Shown: positions 1 through 14,619, counted from the whole stretch's first letter. The stretch: 63,746 nucleotides of DNA, filler included, from Reticulomyxa filosa (GCA_000512085.1; 16 parts of 16 records of this genome joined end to end with filler, not necessarily neighbours in it); one strand, 5' to 3'. Numbers and translations are program-made. The notes: generated by a model not told the origin, from the letters alone.

Positions 1-1194
1 TTTTCATTTTCTGCATTATTTTTAAATTTTTTTAAATATATTTTTGCTTTGACTAAAAAAAAAAAACTTTTTGGTAAGCTTGTGCATTTGATTAATTGTT
101 TTTGATGTTGATTATTTTTTTATATTTTTTTTTTTATTGGCCAATTTTATACTTTTATTCATTGTTGTAGTTATCAATATACTAATCCCTTAATATATTG
201 GACACGTTTTTGTAAGCATTGATATTGCTTTTTTTAATTTAACACCTTTTCGAATACCTAATGCTTTTTTTTTCTCATTTCTTTAAATAAAGTAATATAT
301 ATCATTGCATACACTAAAAATAAAAGATTTCATATAATTTTATTTATTTACCAATATTATGGCTCTCCAATATCGCCGTTCTATTTTTAATTTGTCTAAA
401 CCGTTACGGATTGTCATAGCGATAGAACGGCTGTTTTGGTACTCTTGGTATTTCTTTAGTACTTGAATCAACAATAAAATGAGATTGGTGAAGTTTTCTA
501 TCGATATTATGCTTTGTGCCTTCGCGTTCCTCCGAAATTCCACCATCTTTTATGTCTTTGCAACATAAGGTGATATTGTTGTTATTTTTTTCATTCGTTC
601 ACACAACAAATGCGTCAAGACAGACATTTTTTCAAGCTGGATATTTTATTGATCGGTTGTTTTTTTTTTTGAGCGGCAAGCATTTCAAATATTTGTCGAC
701 AAAACCAAGTCCCAGTCTGTCCATTCAGCATTGTTGTCAATATCTTGACCACATAAAGGGTACTGTTTCATCAACACTAACAATTGCACATGTTCTCCAT
801 CAAAATGCTACAAAAATAAAACTTATATATTCAATATATTATATGGAATATGTAACATAACGACGACAAATGTCCAATTTGTAAGTGGCATCATCTCTCT
901 ACCCACCATGTTGTCATTGCTATTTCTCTTTGCATTTGCACTTATATTCGCACTTGTATTCGTAAGCAAATTCAGAATTGTTATTTCACTCACAGCTTCA
1001 CCCGTATCTATTTTGACAGTATTATTGTCTTCTTCGTTTCTTGACTGCTATTTAATTGATATGTTTTTTTTTTGTTAGTATTATATGGAGTATCNNNNNN
1101 NNNNNNNNNNNNNNNNNNNNNNNNNNNNNNNNNNNNNNTTAATTAATTAANNNNNNNNNNNNNNNNNNNNNNNNNNNNNNNNNNNNNNNNNNNN

Positions 1195-1751
1195 AAATGA
1201 TAATAATAATAAAATGAATAATATTAGTGTAATTGGTGGAAATGGATATACAATTTGCTCTGGATCATATGATAAAACAATTCGAATATGGGATATTGAA
1301 ACAACCAAACAATTGAATATATTCAAAAGACATGAACATTGGATTAGGAGTGTAAAATATGGATCAAATGAATTATTAAATACAATATTATCTGGATCAT
1401 ATGATAAAAGTGTTCGTTTGTGGGATATTCGATCTAGTGAACAAATTCAAGTATTTAATGGACATACAAATACTGTTTATGTTGCTGAATATTCATCATT
1501 TGTAATAAAGAATAATTATTGGTAATTCAAATGTGATATGTTCTGGATCAGAGGATAATACGATTCGTTTTTGGGATATTCGATCAAATAAGAGTGAATT
1601 GTATGTGATAAAAGGAGATAGTGGAATAATGTGCTTGAAGTTTTTACAATTAAAAAAGAATGAAAAGAAGAGAAAATTCAATGATGATATTGGTTGTGGT
1701 ATTAATTTGTGTTATGGTTCATGTAGAGGTTTTATTTATATTTGGGGATAG
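1195..1751 (+). pseudogene. WD40-repeat protein, C-terminal part (5'-truncated by contig edge), frameshifted near 1515
   Basis: Repeats ICSGSYDKTIRIWD, LSGSYDKSVRLWD, FNGHT and ICSGSEDNTIRFWD. One extra base (AATAATTATTGGTAA) relative to the intact KNSIGNSNV of the copies at 49606-49968 and 60111-60484. Confidence 0.85.
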
Positions 1752-2690
1752 TGAAGATGTATTGACTTTGAGTGAATATAAGCCTTTTCAATAAAAATAT
1801 TAAAATGAAAGTGATATAGATGCAACTCCAATTTCAATTGAAAAGTATAATTTTTTTTTTTTTTTTTGATAAAATAAAAAGAAGGAAAAGTATAATGATC
1901 AGTATTTTCATTTGCAAAATTGACTTTGATGACAAAATATATTAAACAAACTATTGAGACAAAAATCATGCAACTGTGATGTGTTTGTTATTCAAACAAA
2001 AAATAATTATCTTTCCAAATGGATAAGAAATATTAGACAAAGAAGGGATGATTTGACAATGAAATACATTAGTGGTCAAAATAAAATCGATATAAATTTC
2101 TTTGAAATCTTTAATAATACTTAATGTGAATATCTTTGTATTTGTTACCAAACCAATCCATTAACAATTTCTAAAAAACATTATTCAATTGTCTTTCATT
2201 CAATTTCTCCAATATTTTAAAAATAAATATATATTTTGTTTATAACATTGTATAACAATACTTAAATTTTCTGTAAAAATACACAAATAATGTAATCAAT
2301 AATATATGAATGGATGGATATCTGGATGATGAAAAATATATTTAAAATTGTGTAAATAAAATTTTATTACTTTATTCAATAACCTAATATCGTATGCATA
2401 ATTATTGTCTTGTCAAATGATAAAATAAATGCAATAATTTCAAACTTAAATCTTGCTTGATATTGGTGTGCATACCAATCTTTTTTTACAAATATTTTTT
2501 TTTAAAAAAAAAAAGGAAAAATAAAATCTTCTTTGCTAGTGAAGGGACAAAAATATTGTTAATTTTAAAAAATAACCTTAAAGCATTGATAAAATTACAT
2601 ATTTCCTTTATGTGAAGGAAGTTATATTTTTTTAATCAAAATGGAAAAAAAGTTATAATGATATTCATGAGAAAAATAAATCAATTATCT

Positions 2691-3887
2691 TCATAATTTG
2701 ATAATAATTTTGTTAAGATCATTGATCCATCCTAATTTTATCTTTAAAATACGAATCCAATATTGAATAATACAATTTATTTCATTTTTTGACTGTATTT
2801 ATTATTTATTATATAATTTATTTGTGTTTTATCAAAATAAATAAATAAATATATCATTACCAACAATGAATGATCCCATATACGTACTTTTGTTTTCATG
2901 TGAGTTGATACTGATGTATCTTTATCACTTCTTCCTCCAATAATGTATATATAATTATCTTCTTCATTCAATATTGCAACACAATAAAATAATGGATTGG
3001 GTAAAGTTTTTTTAAATGTCATCCATTTATTTTCTTGAATTGAATATTTGTGTACTGATTTTGAAAAAATCCATTTTTTATTATTCCAAATCCATCCACC
3101 AAAGAATAAAATTATATCATTTATACACACATATGCATATCTATTGAATGATATAATATTCTTAGAAATAGGTATTTGATGAAATTGAAAAATATTGTTA
3201 TCTTCATCATATTCAATTAATAATCCTGTCTTCAAACAAAATAACATCATTTGACAATTTTGTTTATTTGTTTTCATCATTTCTTGTCTTTGTATATTTT
3301 CTGAAATTGATATAAAGCAATGATAAAATGCTTTAATTGGTAAATTATCATATTTAATAAATTGAAATGTATTTAAATCAAACACACTAATATTATTTTC
3401 AAAATAAGTAATAAATAATAAATTATTGCTAATTCCACTAATTACTGCACGCATTCCTCGATAATCATCATTATTTCTTCCAATGATAATTGGATGATTG
3501 TGATTGTTTATAAAAGGGATCCATTGATTATAATTATTAAATTCATTTGCTTTATTTGATACATCTGATATATTATTATTATTCCAAATACTTACATATT
3601 TCATTATCAATGTATGTCGTGTACGTTTATCCCATCCACCAAAAGATAATAAAGTAATTTGATTATTATTATCTACTAGTTTCAATACACAATGTCCATA
3701 TAATTGAACATGATTTGGATACTCACAAATAAACTTATATTCATTTTTAAGTATATGATAAGAATAACAAGCTCTTTGTTGATAACCTACCTCCACAAAT
3801 GAGAAGTTCGTGTTTATGTAGCACACATTGAGTTTGCTCAAGTGGAGTGGGTAATTCCTTCAAAATTTGAAAGGTTTGATTACCCAT
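2691..3887 (-). pseudogene. Kelch-repeat (beta-propeller) protein with a frameshift near 3790 and one intron (2793-2860)
   Basis: ATG at 3887 reads MGNQTFQILKELPTPLEQTQCVLHKHELLICGG, then shifts frame into the 2777..3841 ORF. Kelch motifs LLSFGG, ILFFGG...W and IYIIGG are present. A GT..AG intron precedes the last exon SKNEINCIIQYWIRILKIKLGWINDLNKIIIKL*. Confidence 0.8.
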
Positions 3888-6085
3888 GTTGTTAATGTTT
3901 GCTCAAGTTTTTTTTAAGTTTAACTTTTTTCAAAAAAGTGCTTTTTAAAATAACGAAGAGATATTTTTATTTATTGAATTAACTTATTTCTTAAAAAATG
4001 AAGTTCTTTTTTTTAGTAAATTTTATAATATTTTAAACAAAATTGTAAAAATAAACATTTAAACTAAGTCCATCCATTCATCTTTTATATTTCTTTGCAT
4101 TATACAATGGCTGGAGTTTTTAACGGTAGTTTTTTTATTTTAAAACATTTTACGCAACTTATAATCTCTCTGTTCAAGTGGCATTGAAAAAGTATTATTA
4201 TGACATCAATATTTTTTATAAGTAAATTATTATTTGTTCCACAGACTGTCACATAATAAGCATAATTAATATTACAACAAAAGATCTTATTTCAATCACT
4301 TGTTTGTAAAAATACGCATCAATATTGTTATGTTATGTGATAGGAAGAAAAGAAATATAATAAAAAATAATTTAATTAAATAAAAATGATTAACAAAAAT
4401 CATTTCATTACAAATTATTAAATTTTGCTTAACATTGTACACATTACTAATTAACTTGATCATTTGTATTAAATGTAACCATTAATTGTTTACCAGATCG
4501 AACTTGTTGTTTCTTAAACCATTGTTTAAGATAATGTTTTTGTAAATAAAATTTATCCAATACATTTACTACCGTTTTCATTAGCCAACTGATTTTCTCT
4601 TTATCTCACGCACAATAAAAGCTAAGCTCATCATTTGTGTTTAATCATTTAATGAAATAATTTTGAGATATTTCAATATATAAAAATGTTAAAAGAATTG
4701 AATGTACTTTATTATGTGTCAAAATTAAATTGTTTTGCTTAACATATATCTATTGATCCATATTAATCTTATCATCAATCTTCAGAATAATTATTTAATG
4801 TAATAAATATATTTATGAAATATCAAATGAAAACTTATCAACTCTATCATTATAATCAAAATACACTCTTTCATTATGTAATCAGAATATTCACATAAAA
4901 TTTTTATTTCTTAAATGATTTAGACTAAGTTCAATATTATATTGTTAAATAATTTGACCTATTTAGAAACCATTTTATCAAATTCCTACATTTGTCCTTT
5001 TTTAATAATATTCTTCAATGCAATGTTACACAAAAAAATACAATACTTGAAATATCTTGTAATTTATTTTGATATNNNNNNNNNNNNNNNNNNNNNNNNN
5101 NNNNNNNNNNNNNNNNNNNTTAATTAATTAANNNNNNNNNNNNNNNNNNNNNNNNNNNNNNNNNNNNNNNNNNNNATGCCTTTGAATTAACTTGACTTAA
5201 TTGGCATTAGAAAAAAAAAGCAAAAAAAACCAATAATAAGAAAAGACAAAGCAAACAGTAGTAAAAACTATCATGTCTTCACAATGTACAAACTTTGAAA
5301 ATAACATTAAATTCTGCAAAAAAATTTATATTAACAAAAAATTGAGTTTTCTCAAAAACTACGCAACATAGAAGACTAATATTTTTTTACAAATATCTAC
5401 GCATTGAAGACTTTCTGAAAATGCTTAAAAAAAATCAATACGTTTCATAGTTACGACATAGGCACGATTATCAATTTTTTCTCGAAAATTTTCAAAAATC
5501 AATAAAATATTCAATTTTTTAAAAAATTATGAAAGATGTAATTTAAAATTATATCTAAAAAGTACACGATTTGTAGATATTTTTTAAAAATTAGGTCTGA
5601 ATGTTGTTTTTTCATGTAGAAAATCAATCAGCTCTATAAGGTGCTGTTTTAGGTTTCGACTTTACTTTGCATTATACTGTACTACCCGTTTTTTTTTAAA
5701 GAGTTATTATCCAAATCGTTGTTTGTCTCATTAAAGGGTTTGTTGTTTTCACTTATTGTGATAGTTCAAAAGTCCAAGAAAACATTTTATCATACAATAA
5801 TGTCACTTTTCAAAAACACCAACAGATAAACAAAAAAAGGAAAGAAAGTAACACAATATTGTTGTGCAATGAAACAAAGCGTTTTGTTGAAAAAACACAA
5901 ACAAAAGGTATTTTCGTTGTAAATATCACCACATATATCAAACAACGAGAAAAAAATCCATAAGCATAAAATGCTCCGATCCCAAAAGAGCAAATCAAAT
6001 TAATCAATGCATGATTTGGGTATGACAAATGTTGAATTGCAATGATGATTGGCATAATCAAAAAGCATGATGCAAAGCTAGCACA

Positions 6086-7450
6086 TTAAGAGTTGTCATG
6101 AAGAAGATGCATAAATTCACGTAGAATTAGCACTCTTTTTTGCGCCATGGCATTGGATTGCATAACAGCATCTGCTTGATTGACAACTAGCAGATGTGAT
6201 TCAAAATTTTCATTGAAATTCGGATAATAAAATTTGGTCGTGTTAACCCATGACGTAAGGTTTTTAAGCCAATGAATATAAATAAAGTTATGATTTAATG
6301 GCTTGTATACATTGCATCTATGTCATTTGATTTCAAACAAAGTGTCAATTGTTTACAGATATCATACACATAATTGTTACCGTTTCTCCCATAACAAGAC
6401 ATTATTGCAATAATACCAGTCCACGTTGACCAAAGACCAATTGAACTCCAAGATGTTTGGAGTGTGAATCATTCGATCACTAAACAGCCAAACTGCAAAC
6501 GTGGCATCTTCAGCTGTGCATGTGTGTGAGAAAGAACAGAGCCATAACACTCACAGCTGTACACAAAGTACCTCTAATTACTCGATTGTGATACGCATAG
6601 CTGAGATCGCTGCCCAACCAATATACCGCATACATAGATACTCCGTATCCCATTCCATACATATACCAGCTTGGAGCAGTTCCACGAATTATTGTCATAT
6701 TTTTTTGATTCCCTGACTTTTTGCCAAAATAATACATTGTATTGAAAGCGTGTTGTCTATTCCACATTTCCATCAGAAAAAAAAATTATCAAAGAAATTG
6801 AAAAAGTGACTATGTACTTACCTGTACGGAGATAAAAACTTGTGCAAATTGACAAAGTGAGTATACGTGTCATCATCAAATTTCCCCACAAACGCATACA
6901 ATTGACGATATAAATGGTGGTTTGCAACGTATTCAAAGTAAGCAAAGGTCTTGCCGTCATTCATGCTTTCTTTAATATCTAATACAATTATGTCATGAAA
7001 TGTATCGTTTTCGAATTGCACTAAACTTACATAGTCTTTGGAGAGTCGTCCCAGCACAAAATAAACGTCAATATCGTAATCCCACGGCTTTTCGTATAAC
7101 AATATCGATCTTATCAACATCCGTCTTGCAAATTTGCTATCCACTGTCAATATTCCATATAAAAGCAACTTTTTTGGAATTTCAGTGTTCATTGGAGCTA
7201 CTTTTACATCATTTTCTCCCCAAAGAGAGGATGGAAAGAAAATTGTTGGTGTTGAACGTTGCAATGTTTTGTCGGCTGGTGCATGTAGATCGATGTTTAG
7301 AATCGGATTTGAGCCAAAAGAAGACAAACCGATCCGCATCATATTACCTCCTATAATTCCAATGACAATACATAATCCAACAAGAATATAGCTTTTCAGA
7401 TTAAGACTACATTTCAGGTATTTAGAGTTGATTATTTTTGATTCATACAT
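6086..7450 (-). CDS. Glycosyltransferase family 31 (beta-1,3-galactosyltransferase-like), type II membrane protein, multi-exon
   Basis: N-terminal TM (YILVGLCIVIGIIGG), then RRMLIR, YFVLG, ENDTFHDII, GKTFAYF, KFDDDTY (DxD), YMYGMGYGVS and AEDATFAVWL in spliced exons. GTAAGT donor at 6821. The 3' end is approximate. Confidence 0.85.
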
Positions 7451-8085
7451 TGGAAAGGGTTCTCTTTTTTTTAATTTTTAGCGACAAAGCGTCGACACGT
7501 TCTTTTGTACTAATCACAGCGAAAGCGCGTTTTAAGGGAACCTAAAACTCGATCATAAAATAAGCTCAGTAGCTTCAGTCTTTTAATGTGATATAAGAGT
7601 TATGTTCATGATCAGACTGTCAAAAATAAAAGTTTGTTCCAAATTCAATCTTTATCGCATTTTTACTTTTTAAAAAGACTTATCCACCATAAGAGATACT
7701 CCCACAGTCGGTATTTGCTATCTAGACAAAAAAACATTTAGTCGATATTGAAAAAATGAAATATCTTTGTCAACGCTTGTAAGAATTTTTTGTGTAAAAA
7801 AAGTTCTTTAAAACTTTCAAAATGACAGAAGTTCTTCAAAATTCTGTTCCAGAAACAAACATACAGACTTCTGGGGAAACTGTTGATATCAATATTGATG
7901 GAGATGGTGATACAAAGACCCGATTCGCACGCCCAACCATCCCTGCTCCTCAAAGTTAACTACAACACGTCCACAAGAAACAGCCATTCTCACGCACAGT
8001 CGCTGTTGCATTGTGTTAAAGAAAATAACCGCGTCGCAATATCGCAAATAATAATGTAAACAAAAAAACACTAGGGTCACTTCGT

Positions 8086-11000
8086 ATGAATAGTAAATTA
8101 ATTCAGCTAAAGCCAGGCGGAGGTGTGACGAAAGCACTGAGCATTCGTCCAGGTGGCCGAACAAAGAGACCATTGCAATTTGCAGTCCAATCTTCTCGAC
8201 GCACCCGAATGAAAAAAGTTGGCATTCGAAAAAATTATACTCTTGAACAATTGCTTAGTGTAAGACAGTTTTTCACAACATTTCCGGGTGTTGTAATAAT
8301 TGAAGAAGTGTTTGAAGATGGAATTGCTGAAGATGTTGGAAAAGATTTGGACGTGACTCTATCAAGAAAGGCTGAATCAAAAGAGGCAAAAGAAAAGCGT
8401 TCACAAGACAAGGATGCTCAAGAAAAATCTGAACCCACTGCTCATATCACCCCAGAGTCAACTGCCCAAACAACACAAACGCCTCAAGACATACACAAAG
8501 AACGACATGATGTTAATGACGTTACCAAAACGACTCGAACAACCTTAGGCCATGGTTCAACTAAATTCGAGGCCACAGAAGCGGAAGAAGGCATGTTGTG
8601 TGATTCTTTCTTTTAAAAAAAAGCAAAACAAAATCTCCTTTTGTGCATTAAAAATAAACAAACAAAAATTTGAAGACGAAAAACGCCCGAACTTGACAGA
8701 AAGAAGAAGCAAAAATGCTTATGTGCCACGAAGAAATGTCTCGATGGACCCGATGGTATGTTTATTTTACTTAAAATGGCCATCGATTGGATCTTTAATT
8801 ACAAACCTTGCCCAATTGTGTTACTTTAGCATTTCAAAATAATGTGCCAAAGTTTTACCATTCGGCATAGATTAAATTGAGTGAATGAGTTTGCAAATGA
8901 CAAAACGTGTATTTGTTTTTTGTCCTTTTAAACTGAATCGCTCACACTGACGCTTGTTTCGTCGAAAGTTTGATCGACAAATGATATGTGTTTTTGTAAA
9001 TAGCAAGAGTTTACCAGATCAATTCGTTCCATATTGAACAAAATTACCTTAGATAACTTTGATACATTATCTGGCAAAGTTGTGACCCTGTACGAACAGG
9101 AAGTGCACAAGCCAACACAACTCGAAAAATTGGTGGAATTGATATTCGAAAAGACTGTCATTGAACCTGAATATGGGCCTTTGTATGCGCGTTTATGTGT
9201 GGGTCTGAGTAAACATAACAGAACGTTCATCCTTATTACGCCAGAAGGTCAGAAGGAAACAGGATTTCGAGGTATTCTGTTGAAGCAATGTGAAACTGAA
9301 TTCATCAGAAGCAGTGATCAGCTGGCAAATCACGTCAAAAAAAATTCAAGCAGTTTAACCAATTTGAGTGAAGATGAGAGAGAATATGAAATAACGCAAC
9401 AAAAGAAAGCATTAATGGGAACAATAAAATTCATTGGGCAATTGTATTTACAGGAATTGTTGCCTTACACGTTAAGTATAATGACATTTGTCGAAAATGC
9501 AATTGCTCATTTTACGTTGATAAGAAGTGCGATTTTGTTGATAACACAGTATCATGCTTGCATGCTTGAACAAGATGATCGGTGCATCCATGCCCGCCGT
9601 TGACGACTTGGAAGGTGCTTGTGCTTTGCTAGAAACCGTAGGAAAGAGATTAGACAACGATCCTAGAGCAAAAACACAAATGAAAGGATATTACAGTAAA
9701 TTGACACAATTGCGAAATGATGATCGCAATTATCCACCCCGCATACGTATTTTAGTTAGAAATTTATTGGATTGGAGACAAACTGGATGGCAAAAATCTT
9801 TAAGTGGCAGACCCGATTTGAAAACAACAGAACAAGTACGACAAGAGTTCAATGAACAAAGAGGGCAAAATAGACAATTGCCCAAAATTTCGTTTCGTGT
9901 TCATTTCTTATGTTACATTATATATAATACAATTTCCAAACTAAACCACTGTTACTACGATAAACAGAGAAACGGAGTCAGACATGGTGTTGAGAATGAT
10001 TGAAACAGGAGCATTAATTGATCCTGGTTTCGCAAAAAAAGCAGATATTGAAAGTCTGACTGGATCTTTGCCAAGTTACATTTTTAAAAAAATCTCGCGC
10101 AATATGAACATAACAAAATTGTTAAATATGCTTGTCGAACACAGTTACTGGAGATTCAGTGGGAGTTCCTCGCCCACGTACCCGAAACAGATATCGCTAT
10201 GAAACAAGCGGCCCTGCTCAAAAGCAAAGCGGCTTGACATCTGAGCGTGGCAACGTTGGGCAACGTGAACGTCAACAAAACCGCATGAGATTGTTGTTGC
10301 CCACTGATAATTTGATTCAAAACGAATCAGAAGCGATCGATGAAATCGATGCGTTTGATGAATCAAAGAAAGAGAACGTAGTCGAGTATAAACCTAGGCA
10401 ACGCGCGGACGGGCCAGAATTGAAAAAAGATCTGTTTATGGAATGGTTGCGTGAATACTTTGATCAGAAATTACCAAAACAGCAACTGGTACGGCACTTG
10501 GAAGGATATCAATGGAATCCTAAAAAAATAATTGAATGGAGCTTTCGAAGTGCTGTGGACAAATCAGAAGTGGAGCAAGAACTCACCACATTGCTGTGGA
10601 TTGCCATGTTGAAAGATGGGCTTTTCACATCCAAAAATTTGGAAGACACGTTTAGTTGTTCGTTATTATTTCAACAGGCTTGTTCACTTTTTCTTTTTGA
10701 TATAATATAGAATGAGTGAATTTTTTGAAACCTACACTACTGAATTAAATGATGCCCCGAAATTGGCCGAGTACTTGAGCCGAATGTTGGCTCCATTGTT
10801 TATTAGTAAAGAATTGGACTTAAAATTGGTGGAAGAATGGTTGCAAAAAGATCCTAGTATGACAAAACCTTACAGAAAGAACTCCAAGTTGTCCAAACAA
10901 TTAGAATTTATTGGTCAACTATTTGAAGCAATTCGAGAGTGTGGAGACACAGAAGTGACTGTTCAAGAGTTAGTACGGACGTCAAAGTTTGATTTGGATA

Positions 11001-11127
11001 AGTTTCTCAAAGAAGAATTACGAAATGATTTTGCGAACCAATTTGTAAGTTTTTATTTTCTATAATTTGTTTATGACAAACATTTGTGTGCTATTATGTG
11101 TAACAGAAGCTGCAATGGTATTTCTGA
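8086..11127 (+). CDS. eIF4G: Translation initiation factor eIF4G family (4E-binding motif, MIF4G, MA3), multi-exon
   Basis: YxxxxLL eIF4E-binding motif YTLEQLL (8236-8256). MIF4G motifs SILNKIT, LIFEKTVIEPEYGPLYARLC, GTIKFIGQLY, LLETVGKRLD and PPRIRILVRNLLDWR. MA3-like LREYF...DAPKLAEYL. Last intron GTAAGT..CAG, stop at 11125-11127. Confidence 0.92.
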
Positions 11128-12158
11128 GAATATAAAAGTGTCAACCGCTATAAATTGACTTATCTGATGAAAGATACGGCTTTCTGGGATTTAAAATAAA
11201 ACACAATTTTGTTGTCCCAAAAGGACTTGGGTTAAATTTTTGTTTCAAACTTTTATCAGTTATATTCCATCTCTACAAATAGATTGCACAACACTAGGGT
11301 ACCGCAAAAACTACTCACAAGTCAAATAATTTTGTCCTTTTGTCATTAACGGGCTTGATATTAAACATTGTCTTTGATGAAATAAAAGTTTTTTGAATTA
11401 TTCAATGACAAATTCAAAAATATGCTTTCCAAAAAACGTAGAAATAGCATTTAATTAATTGACATGCATACTCTCATTCACACATTTCAGTTTTTTAAAA
11501 TTTTACTTATTCTTCGCTTGTTTCTTCACAATCACTTCAGTGTTCGCAATTCACAATTTTGCACTTAAAAATTACTCTTGTTCGCTGAGTAGAAATTATA
11601 TAAACTACTTAATAGTCTTTTATTGTGATAGCATATTCAAAACAACTAGAAACAAAATAAAAGTAAAACGTTTCGCAATGAGCATATCCTCGAGGTTTTC
11701 ACTTTGGACAGAAAGGTTTTAAAAAGAGTTCAATCCCTTTTTTTCCTGCTATGTTTTTCTTCTAAACAAGAAAGATTTTGACCTCGCTTTTGTTTTAGTC
11801 GTTTGCCCTTGCTTTTTTTGAAAGCTAGTTTTATTTAATTTTACCAACAGTACAACTGTTCGTTAATCATTGTGCAAAAACAAGTAAATTTAGTGTTCAA
11901 TTTTACTTTTGCCACGTTGGTGGAAATCTCCGATTGTGATTTACAAATTTGAAAAGTGCTGTCAAAGATAGCAAATGAAGGATAGTAAACAAAACGAAAA
12001 TTAAAAAAATTTTACAATTCTCAAGACAAATTAGCTCCATTATTTGATGATCACGAACAATCTATTAACAATTGTTATATACAATTGATCCTTTTTAATC
12101 AGCAACAGTTTCAAGAAAGAAAAGAGTAAATGACAAACAAAAAGATATTAGAACGTTT

Positions 12159-12560
12159 GTGTATTTCTACAGAAACTTCAGACATTGTATTCAATGTCTT
12201 AAACAGGCTTTTCGACTTGAAAATAAAGATGTTCGTGATATATATGTGGAATCACTTGAATCAATATCATCAAAATTAAAACAAGATCAATTGGATATTG
12301 TTTTGGAATTGCTAATGGAAGGATTCTATACCGAGAGTTATGTTCATAAGAAATGTGCAAAAGCGCTTGGAACTTAAAACTATCACCCAATTGTTTCTCG
12401 TTTAAGAGTTTCATAACTGCACTTGATAATAAACAATTACTCTTTGTGATGCATGTACAGACTTACTTGTAAAAATATCAATAAAATTAGGCCGAAAACA
12501 ATTGGCAAAGGTTATGAAGATATTTTTTTAATGCCATGATTGCGGAATAAGTTAGTTGTG
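12159..12560 (+). pseudogene. Decayed HEAT-like alpha-solenoid repeat fragment
   Basis: LENKDVRDIYVESLESISSKLKQDQLDIVLELLMEGF...KCAKALGT, followed by stops. Similar debris at about 1970-2230 (-) and 42750-42981 (+; DVNVRRKYAELLGTITAKL). Confidence 0.45.
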
Positions 12561-13602
12561 CCAAACCAGTCGAAATCATAACGATTATATACTAGTAAAC
12601 AATTAACTTTAAAAAGTCTTTTGAATTATTCATCTATGCTGCTTGTGTGTTAACTATTGTTCATAGATAAAACATGTCGCATATCTTTTTTGGTAAATCT
12701 ATATAAAGATAGTTAAATGTTCATTACGCCGTACGATGGCTCAAATGTATTATCTTGCCATTTGATAATCAAATAGTTTGGACATTCAAAATATAAATCT
12801 TCAAAACTAAACTTTTCGAAATTTTGTTTTAATATATCTTATTTTTGAATTTTTAGATTGGAATTGACACTTTTTCTTATAAAAAATTCTGCAAAGAAAA
12901 TATAAAATAATACAACTGTCAAGAAAAGTGTAACAAATTGACGAGCCAAAACATTTGCCAAAAAAAGGGTTCATTCCATTTTTTAATTTTTTATCTTTAA
13001 TGTTTTCATCTTTCTTCGTGTTTCCAAAGTTTAGTTGCTGGTTTGTTTCCATTCTTGAAAATACGCAGAATTGTTGTTACGAAATGAACTGTATTGCTAA
13101 AATTACACATATCAAAAGTTTGTTATTACTTCAAAAAATTTAATTTTTGCAAAATCAACATCAGACATATAAGACAAATTTAAATTTTTCTTTTTGATAC
13201 TGTTTTCATCTTGTGTCATTTTCTTACTTTTACAATTATTCAAAAAAGATTCGATGTTCAATTGCATAATTTTTTGAAGTTATTTCTTAATGGAAAACAG
13301 TCTTCTAATTTGATGCAAAAATGTTAATTGCTGTTACGCAACAAATTGCTACCCTCAAAATCGATCGTAAAAACAGCAATATTTCCATAATAAAATTATC
13401 GAGAATTATCCTTTGAAAGGTCTGACCTGCGTTTCAGTATTTAAAGTAATTATATGCAAATCTTTGGCTGCTAAGAAAAAAAAGTTGAAAATTTGGTTAA
13501 GATTTCTGGCATAACACGCATTGAAATACATTCTGGAAAAGAAAAAGACCGCACAAATGCATACGCTGCTATGCAACGACATTAAAGCAAAGAAAGAGAA
13601 GT

Positions 13603-14619
13603 TCAGAGATGGCCATCAAATGAGACAGAAATGGATTTATAGTGAAGTGGTTCTTGCACTTGTTGCAAGTAACAATAGTGCGGCAAACCATAATAGTGGT
13701 CACTGTCATTGTATTGCTGTGAACTCCGCACTGTATCCAATATTTCGTACCAAGTACAATCTCTTTGTTGATCGTTGTCATAATTTGGGAGCAATATTTG
13801 CAAAACGCTTGAATCTCTCAGACACACGAAATGGTGTAAATTTTGTTTGTGAGGAAGTACTGCACTCCAATCGTTAGTTTGTAATATATTGGACGACATT
13901 TTTTTTGCAATTGTGCTTTCGTTGTTTGTTTGTTTATCTGTTTTGAAAATTGCGCTTTTCAAACAAAAACAAACAAAAGATTTATTTACTGCTTTTGGTG
14001 GTTTGTTCTAAGATGAGAAATACTATGTGGTGAGATGGCATCGCCAGACATTTGATGCCATTCATCTTCTAACAATTGTTGAAACTCCGCACTCTCTGGA
14101 TCTGAGGGATCCATCAGGTCATAACTATTTTGCAATAGATATCCACTCAAAACGTAATTGACTCCATACATTTGTGGATGATTGTGCAATGGCATCGACG
14201 AATTCTCGTAAAACCGCATCAACGACACTGAAAATAGGTGCGCTCTCTCTTCGTGAATATCAGACCAAACCACCGGAGAGGGTTTGTTAGTCTTGTTTTA
14301 TTTGTTTCATGTTGTGTTTGTCGTCCGTTCATTTGGCCCTGTTTGACTTTTCCATCTCTTCCGATAAGTAAAAATGTCAAACATCCTCTCAATAAAGATA
14401 TTATTTGTCATTAATAACTTCTGCACGCCATTGTGGAAAGCTTTGCACCGTGAAGTGTCCGTAATCTTCAAGAGGGATACCTCGAACGTACCGAACAATG
14501 GACGGAATCACCTCAAAACTCATATATTGATCATCACCAAAACAATCAGGACTTGGAACTTGTTTCTTGATCAAATTAATAAGACCACGAATTGAGTTGG
14601 CACGTTGACGAGAAAACAT
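13603..14619 (-). CDS. Thiol dioxygenase of the plant cysteine oxidase / cysteamine dioxygenase (PCO_ADO) family, multi-exon
   Basis: IPLEDYG; FSVSLMRFYENSSMPLHNHPQM (HxH metal ligands; cf. IPLHNHPGM); SYD; NLHHF (third His); VLQILLPNY; RDCTWYE (cf. RxCxYY). Start assigned to the ATG at 14619. Confidence 0.85.

Noticed and set aside
340-1094. Short ORFs in the first contig
   Set aside because: No recognisable motif. They may be decayed coding sequence but cannot be assigned.
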